64,000 nucleotides of DNA from Octopus sinensis (taxonomy: Eukaryota), in NCBI RefSeq assembly GCF_006345805.1, contig NC_043004.1:15066001-15130000 (forward strand), given 5' to 3'. The notes under the pieces were generated by a model, which did no database searches, had not been told where the DNA came from, and saw only the letters and a program-made list of their open reading frames with translations. Within the stretch, counting starts at the first letter, position 1; every line of letters starts with the position of its first letter. The translations under genes were made by a program, and so were the position numbers. Positions 55,326 through 64,000 of this stretch are shown piece after piece.

Positions 55326-55989
55326 ATAGATAGATAGATAGATAGATTGATTGATAGATAGATAGATGGATATATACATATGGTGCAAGTGCGCAGATAA
55401 GAGTATAGTTATTCGAGTAACATGATGAGAAATTAAATGTACTGCGATATAATTTAAAAGCTGATTAAAGGAACCTGGATTTTACAAGGATTAGAAACGT
55501 TTTGGGAAGAAACTAATTCCACCATTTCTCTCCGTGAAATACAACTAGGAAGTTATTAACTGAGAGCTCGATCCATTTATATATATATATATATATTTAT
55601 ATGTATATATATCGTAACAAGAAGTGGTTATCTTAGAACCAGAGTATGTGAAAGAAAAAAACATAGTATGCCGTTAAGCAAGATTAGATGTTAAGTACTT
55701 CGTAGGAGTAATATGCAGCTTACCTTCAGATTCTAGCATTTATGTAACTTCTTCTAACCCATTATTAGTATGAATGAATATACCCAAAACTTTATGAAGT
55801 AGAAGCATTGAGAATTATAATTTTACTACAATAATCAAATGGAGAATATCACGTATTTCATTAATATATCATTGCATCTCATTATTCTCTACTTGCTGAC
55901 GGTGAACGATGTAATCATTATTTTCTAAGTGTGAGATATTCCCACATGTGTATGTAAATACGCATCTATGCATTTATTTATGTGCATGT

Positions 55990-56015
55990 GTATGTGTTCA
56001 TGTGTTAACCCATGC

Positions 56016-56086
<71 letters not shown>

Positions 56087-56205
56087 TATACATATATATA
56101 CCTATATATATATATATACATATATATACATATATATACCTATATATATATATAATATATATATATATATACATATATACATATATATATATAATATATA
56201 TATAT

Positions 56206-56299
<94 letters not shown>

Positions 56300-56300
56300 C
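55990..56300. repeat. Long (TA)n microsatellite
   Basis: Direct reading. Confidence 0.97.
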
Positions 56301-56412
56301 AAATAAGCAACAAGGATATCCCACCCCATTTGATTTATATGGATAATACCATACCAAATTCCGGTGCCTTTAACTTAAGTACCATATTCATCTGAATCTA
56401 AATTTTGCTGAA

Positions 56413-56505
<93 letters not shown>

Positions 56506-57277
56506 ACGGAGAAAAAGAGGTACAAATAGACTGAGAGCAGTGGTGGAAGCAAAAGAGAAAACGAAGCACGTTAAAAAATGCGCTCATACATATTATATCA
56601 CGCAATTGCGCTTAATCGATACATAATTAATGCCTAAACAGGACAACATTGATCAAGAATAATCGAATAGATATGAATGTATAATGAAAGATAAATCATT
56701 TAATTTGCTTTGAAATAAAATACTTTACAGAAACAACATACATTGACACAGAAATTACCATCTATTACATTAGAAAAACAAATAATGATTTCTTATGCTA
56801 GCACAATACCATGAGTCTGAAGTATCATCGCTGCTGTGTAGCTGTAATAATCGAATCCTGCATATTACGTGTATTAATTTCATCGACACGGATGATGAAA
56901 AGGGAAAAAAATTGTAAATCAATAAATATAAGCAATAAATATAAAATAATAGCTAGGCGGTCCCTGTTGAATATAGCTTCATCAACCAACAGGACAAGAA
57001 TGAGGTTGCAAATGATTAATGTTGCCAAAACAAAAACAAAAATACACCCATATCAAGGTGAGAAGATGTGCGCGCGATAAAAAAACAAAAAAATCGCTTA
57101 ATATTCCGAATTCCCTCTCGCTACGCAATTCTGAATTCCCTCTCGTTGCGCAGTTCTAAATTCAATCCTGCTTGAATACGTATAATTTGGAATAAATACG
57201 AGCTATGAAATATATTCTGGTTTCAATTTTTATCACGCATTAAGGAAAATAGACGTGTTTTGTTACTCATGGTCAAT

Positions 57278-57321
<44 letters not shown>

Positions 57322-57475
57322 ACACACACACACACAAACACACACACATACACACACATATGTGTGTATGTGCGTGTACATATATCTGTCATTCTTACAC
57401 GTGTTTGGTTAATACCTTCTTAATTTTATTTTGTACAGAAGCACTCCGACAAAGCCTGTCGTAGAGATGACTCCA

Positions 57476-57548
<73 letters not shown>

Positions 57549-58720
57549 CTCTCTCTCTCTTTCCATTTATCTATCTGTCTGCGTGTCTACCTATGTATAT
57601 GTAATGCTGAGAAAAAATGTACAATATAATAAATATTTAAAAGGGGTTTACGTCGGATATTCGACAAATTAACTCAAGCATACATATCATTGAACCTTCA
57701 GACACAGCTATGAAGAACACGGCCACGTTATGACACATTTCTCTACATGATACTCTTGACTGAAGCTTCTCCATAAAGTGACAAGGGAATAAGATATAAT
57801 ATTTGCACCAAAAAAAGAACAACTATTAAACTCTTAGCCAATACAGAAAATTTTCGAAAATTTATTGCACTTTCCTAAATTAGAAAAAATATAAGTTAAG
57901 AAAACGCAATAAATCTCGAGGCTCACAGGGTTAGGATTGTGTCGTACTGCTGCTACAAATATTTCACACTCCATATAAACAACATAATATTCATGCTTTA
58001 ACATAAGAGCACAAACACATGCACTATAATACGTAACACTACTACAAATATTATATACCCCGTACTCCGACGTTTTGCATAAACATAAAATAACAATGCG
58101 TATATAAACACGTCTGATGCAAATGCATAACAGAATGTGGAATAAATTCCTATGAAATATCCTGCATGGTCGTATGAAACACTAGGTTGATTTAAACATT
58201 CATTTCTAAAAAGCCACCACTGCCTTTCCACCTTCAGTTCCGTCATAATCTCAATAACAACCACGTTATAATTATCGACTTCATTTTGCATACGCCTACA
58301 CCACAGACATAATTGGAACTATTATCAAACTTATCAACAAATAACCCATAGTAATTACTTAATGAGACTAATACATTAATCATAATATTGATAATATCAA
58401 TATATTGATATTACCATGATAACTAGATTAACATGTTCTTTTTTCCTATTTTTAGTGTCTTTAGTGGTTTTTCCTAATATGTTAGTGATACATTCTCTGT
58501 TTATTGTTATCATTATTAACATTACTATTGCCATTATTACAGTTGCAATTGCTGTTATGATTGTTATAATCATTAATGCTGTAATAATAATTATTGATAA
58601 TTATTAATATTACACATAAAATATATTGTAATAATGAAGATACATTTTGTTATTATTAATATATCATCATTAGAAACAAGAATCAATTATATTATTAATA
58701 GCGGATATATGAATATATAT

Positions 58721-58782
<62 letters not shown>

Positions 58783-58793
58783 ATATACGTATG

Positions 58794-58843
<50 letters not shown>

Positions 58844-58886
58844 TAGATACTCACACACACATAAATAGATAAACATATATATATTA

Positions 58887-58959
<73 letters not shown>

Positions 58960-59009
58960 GCACATACATATATGTACATATCTGACGGATAAGAGAGGCG
59001 TGCTTAATA

Positions 59010-59650
59010 TATGTTGTAGAGGATATGATTTTATTGAATGCTTGTCTCACAGTTCGAGTTTCATGTAATTTCGATCTTGATGCAAGAACTGGGGCAACAC
59101 GTACTGGTGGTGAACTCACCATCACCAGCACACCAACAAATACAATCCAGTTTCATTCCTGGCCTTCAGATTCTTTGTCTCACATCACCACCATTTTATG
59201 CCCATGATTTTATCCGTCATGTTTCTCTAACGTTCGCCAGTTTTGTGTTACCCACTCACAACCAGTGCTGGTATAACAAAGCCGATGCTATCCTCTGACT
59301 GCTAATTCAGTTTGTTCACTAGAAAACTTAAAATGGTCCTAAATATTTTGTGCGAATTTCAGCTTGGATCAATCATGGCGAAAGCATCTCTTTACCATAA
59401 GCATCCAATGATGACGACTAGAAATGAAGTTCATTTTGTAACATAATTCAAGAATCCAAATTACTGATACCATGCAGTTCATAGGTGACATTCCCTTCTT
59501 AGACAGTTCTATACCCCGACACATGCACAACCTCATTGAACATATAACATGTACAGGAACAGACCATCCGTCTAACTAGCGCCATGTCTATTAAATCATA
59601 CTCGAACATCTGCTACAGAGAGGCACGGGCCTCAACTCAGCTATTTCTAT
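59010..59650 (-). mobile_element. Possible decayed Gypsy pol fragment (RNase H end to integrase start)
   Basis: Minus-strand fragments occur in the expected order: QMFEYDL (LQEYDF-like), NHGH, RQRI*RPGMKLD (YWPGM-like), VAPVLA, RQAFNKI (PFxxIH-like). Many stops and frameshifts. Confidence 0.35.
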
Positions 59651-60151
59651 CCCAATCATATCTCATCGTAGTTCTGTTATCCAATCTCAGACTAATAGGC
59701 TCATTCTATTATCTATCTCAGACCACTAGGATCATTCATTAATTTTCTCTACCTCAGCTTTCTCGGAGCCATTCTTTGCTAATGAACTTCCTTCGGATGT
59801 TGACTTGCGGTTGCTCACTAATAACAGTAACGGTATCAATCTTTCAAGTGTGGAGGGTCAATATTACGGCACCTTCTTCCTCATATATTGTAAATTCATA
59901 TAAACTACACACACATTATATGGACATACGCACGCGCACACACACACAAAGACAAGTATGCTCACATATACATATATACACACTCAAACATGCACACAGA
60001 TACACATACACACAAATATATGTTTACGGACATACACATACGCTTACACAGACAGAGGCACAGACACAAGTATACACATATAAATGTAATTTGTTGCGTC
60101 AAGAGGAAGGAAAATATACGCATTTGCATGCAATATATGTATAAATACATG

Positions 60152-60205
<54 letters not shown>

Positions 60206-63200
60206 CATACATCATATATATATACATACACACACACACAAACACACACACATATATATATATATATTATATATATATATGCATGCATGTATGTATGCAT
60301 GTATACTTACACATATACTGATATGAGTGAAGTGAGTATGTACCATTTTGCTGCAGTCTGTTGATGGCCTAACATAATCAGCTATATGTATTAAGTTTAG
60401 TGTGTATCATACTGGGAAGTACATTACTTGTGTGTTTAAGAATTTATGTCACAGCTAATCAATTTCATTATATTAACCTAAATGGATTCAAAGATGAAAT
60501 ACTTGGCATGCGATGCCTACATTAACTATAAATTGGCAAGCTACCAATTTTTCTATTTGCTATTTTCTACGATATCTAATGATGAAATGGAAATTTCACT
60601 GAAGTTGACTTTTCTTGACCAGAGTTTCTAAGCTTCATTTCGAATTCATTTATTTTCGCATAAAAACAAGTAACGTTTGTAGAGTCTGATTTTCGTCATA
60701 TTAACTTGCCACGATTTTCACTCACACCATCTGTCCGATGTATTTAATACATCAACCAAAGTTCAAAATTGTCCTACCTGAAATATTTGACATTAGTGAG
60801 TCTGTCAAGTGTAAACTCTAAATATTGAAGAGCATTTTCAAACGTTTAGCTTTAGATTACCTATCACTATTTGAGGTGAACGTCAAAAATATTTAATGAA
60901 TATGTTTAAAATACTTGGCAGAATAATCCAAAACACAGATGGAAGACAAAATCGAATATTCATATAAAGTTCGTTGACAATTATAACTGAGAATATATGG
61001 GGAGAATTTCTAATACCTATACACAATGGAAAATGTTCTGCTTAAACCTTATAATCATCTACAAGGATGAATTAGTATGAAGCAATCTCTGAGTAACTGG
61101 TTGCTATAAGTAGCTGCAAAATTCCTTATGGCTTAAAAGGGTATAACTCAATGGCCAAAGTTTTCTTAGATATACTAATAGACACGATGGCTAGAAACTA
61201 AATGCCTTTGATTCTATGACCTCGTAAACATGGCTGGTTTAGAATCTAAGATCACATCGCAGATCTCAAATCTTCCAAAGTCTGAAAATATTTTTTCAGT
61301 TTTATCATGAAAGTTTCAATTACTTGTAATGTTATCCAAACATTGTTTACATGTTAACTCATCTCACCGAATCTCCTCTCAACATTCCCCAATATTTAAT
61401 TTATGGGCTTGAGTTTTCGAACCATAAAGATTTTCCAATTTGATCTGACAACGTACCACCCTGGACATGATTATAAAATTCACTCATGCAGTAAATCAGT
61501 ATAAACATTAAAATGTAATGAGGGTAGTATTTCATTTCTTTATCTATGGTAAACATTTGATTTGGAGAGATTGTCGCAGTTGCTGTTGCCATATAGACAA
61601 GAATGTATTAATCCTCAGTAAACATTCCTGATGTGATGGTGGTTGAGAATATTTAGAAAATTGCAGATAATTGTATCAATAATAAGCTAAGATACTGTAC
61701 ATCAACTTACGGGATTTCTGGTTCAATGATATGAATACTTCAGATTGGTTCCAGAAACTTCCTAGGTTATTTTCTAGGTTGATCTAGATATATTTAGATG
61801 CCCAATTATTTATTCCAACACTTTATAGGCCATCCTAATTGATGAGACTCTGTACAATAGGTGCTATGTTTAAATTTCTAGTTTTGGGTTATCATAGCTA
61901 TGCCGTCTTTCAGATAAGTGTTGAGAACATTTGGTGAAATGGTTCTGCGGAAAAAAAGTTCTGTACGAAGTGGAAGTGAAATAGTAGTGTTTAATGCTAT
62001 TGTTAAACGCTGGGTGATTCCAATCTATCGAAATGATTTATTATCAGGCGGCATTCAAGTCGAGAACACTAGGTGTTTTTCCGGGAAATTTATTGATGCT
62101 ATATTATGCTATTATCTCCAGTCTATCGTATCTGCCTTTTTAGTTAGCATCTCAAACGATGATGTAGATGCTAACTTGTTGACTGATGCAGAGTAGTCGT
62201 AATTTGAGATGCAGGAAATAAACGAACAAATTTAAGGATTGCTAGTTCAGAAATTGTAAGCTAAGAGAGAAATAGAATATTGCATATGAATATCTTGAAG
62301 GAAGATAAAGATGATTGAAGTATATATAATTAAATTAGCCACAGACAACACAGTCAAATCTGTGCATAGCTGATAGAGTGTGGATTATTAGCCGAATATG
62401 TCTAATATACACTAGGGGTTGAGTACAATAAACTACTGTTGACTATTATGTAAGTAAAATAAGGCATTCAAATCCAAAATAATCTCCTCAATACACAAAA
62501 GAAAAAGAACCAATAAAAACGAACAACACATTCTCTAATATTGATTTTCAAAGAGAAACGATTTCATAAATAGACTAAATAGATTTTTCTTTTTATTTGA
62601 AAAATATTTTCAAGTATTTTTATACATTAATTTTTAGCTTTTGTTTAATATCTTTTTCTGTGTAATTATATTGTTTAGAGCCCTGATGTGAGAGTAATAA
62701 TGGACGAGATAAATGTAAATATTGAAAGAAAAAAGTAATCTTGTTTTCTTTTTTAATCATTATTTTCATCTAACGGCATTCTTGTAATCATAGTCCAATA
62801 GGTCAACGGTCTAATATAATCAATTTCAGTAAACAAAGAACGTATAATCTTTATTATTTTCTTTTTCTTTAAGTTTCATTTTCTTCTATTAGCTTGTCAT
62901 TTGGTATGCATATTGACAAAACTGAATTAATTTTATTTTTAATTTTAAAACTTCTCATAGGAAATAATAGAAGAACTTTCATAATAAGCATTGTGTTTTG
63001 AGGAGGACATTCTATTTATTTACGATGTGTGTTTGTAAATAAAAGAAACAGTAATCATTACTAAGATATTCAAATAAATAATATATATTATTTATGAGAA
63101 ACTGAAATATCGAATATAGATGAGCATTGTGGGTTCTATATAATTTTTTTCTGGGGAGTAAACAGGTTTTTACATATATCAGTTAGATATTGTTCGATGT

Positions 63201-63388
63201 AATTTCAATAGAGCATATCTATGCTCATGCACTCGTACACAGACGCATAAATGCCCACGCACATACATGTTTGTACATATTAGATAAGGAAATGAAAAGA
63301 AACAGTCAAAATCTTTGCCCATGTCTGTATTTTCTATAGAATTGATCTTATATTCAAAATATTTTCTGACAGATCGGTAGTTTACGTA

Positions 63389-63595
63389 GTCGATAAGCTG
63401 TCAGAATCGTTAGCACGTCCGAAAAAAATAGTTTGCATTAGCTCGTCCATCTTTACTCTGAGTTCAAATGTCACCAGGGTCAACTTTACTTTTCATCCAT
63501 TCGGGTTTGACGAAATAGTACCAGCTGAGCACTGGGGTTCGATATAATTGTTTTCCCCTCCCCTTGAAAGTGCTGGCTTTGTGTCAAAATAATAT
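63389..63595 (+). mobile_element. SINE family B, degenerate, B2 tail
   Basis: agctgtcagaatcgttagcacg..gagttcaaatg..ttttcatccattcgggtttg. Confidence 0.8.
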
Positions 63596-64000
63596 ATTTT
63601 TGTAAGGAAACATTTTTTTTATAACGGATAATGTTTAATCTTCATATTTATGCCCTAATATTCCAAGGAGAACGCTTTTGTATTTTATTTTGCTTCGACA
63701 GAAGATGCTTTCAGTATATTATGAGATTGTTAAATATATTTATCTGAAACAACAAATTTTCCATACTTTAGAAATCTGCAAACTAAGATAAGAAAATGAA
63801 CACCGAAGAGTGACTGTAAATATTTTGTGGACAGTATCCAGTATCAATGATTGGTTTAAGCAGTGATATATATATATCAGCTAATTTATTTAGCTCTTAA
63901 TGTTTAGTCTGTTCTCAGATTACTCTGAAGCATGGATGTAGAGGTGACGTTACATGGCGCATTTTTTGTTTTTTTATTAGTTATAAGTTCAATAGTCTCC

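Noticed and set aside
60726-60777. Minus-strand exon-like segment with a gtgagt donor
   Set aside because: It has stops in all three frames, which also shows how often pseudo-exons arise here.
61400-62200. Possible Penelope RT relic (YLKDGIAM)
   Set aside because: One short motif; the flanking frames do not give a convincing colinear match.

Overview
Eukaryotic, very AT-rich, microsatellite-saturated non-coding DNA. The SINE families, the (TA)n/(CA)n/(TACA)n/(TAGA)n load and the sparse coding content point to an octopod cephalopod (Octopus sp.); this is inferred from repeat content. No host gene is recognisable by homology, and nearly all ORFs in the supplied track are microsatellite artefacts. 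What can be supported: about 35 copies of tRNA-headed SINEs from several families (labelled A-E here), mostly on the minus strand; a 5'-truncated CR1-group LINE with an intact RT C-terminal frame (16156-17165); a decayed mariner; three kinds of MITE/hairpin element; a Penelope-like fragment carrying a degenerate minimal hammerhead ribozyme; weak Gypsy, MULE and piggyBac relics; and several local duplications and palindromes. Best leads: (i) two phase-consistent chains of small plus-strand exons, one spelling a signal-peptide secreted precursor (50.2-52.6 kb) and one a KR-containing peptide-like C-terminus (18.4-22.3 kb); (ii) SINE-B multimers with a fixed junction whose tail is shared with a LINE-like 3' end; (iii) a spacer-less 50-bp perfect palindrome; (iv) a SINE whose internal TA tract has collected 1.4 kb of nested cargo. 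All exon calls were made by eye, and AT-rich DNA yields pseudo-exons often, so confidences are modest.
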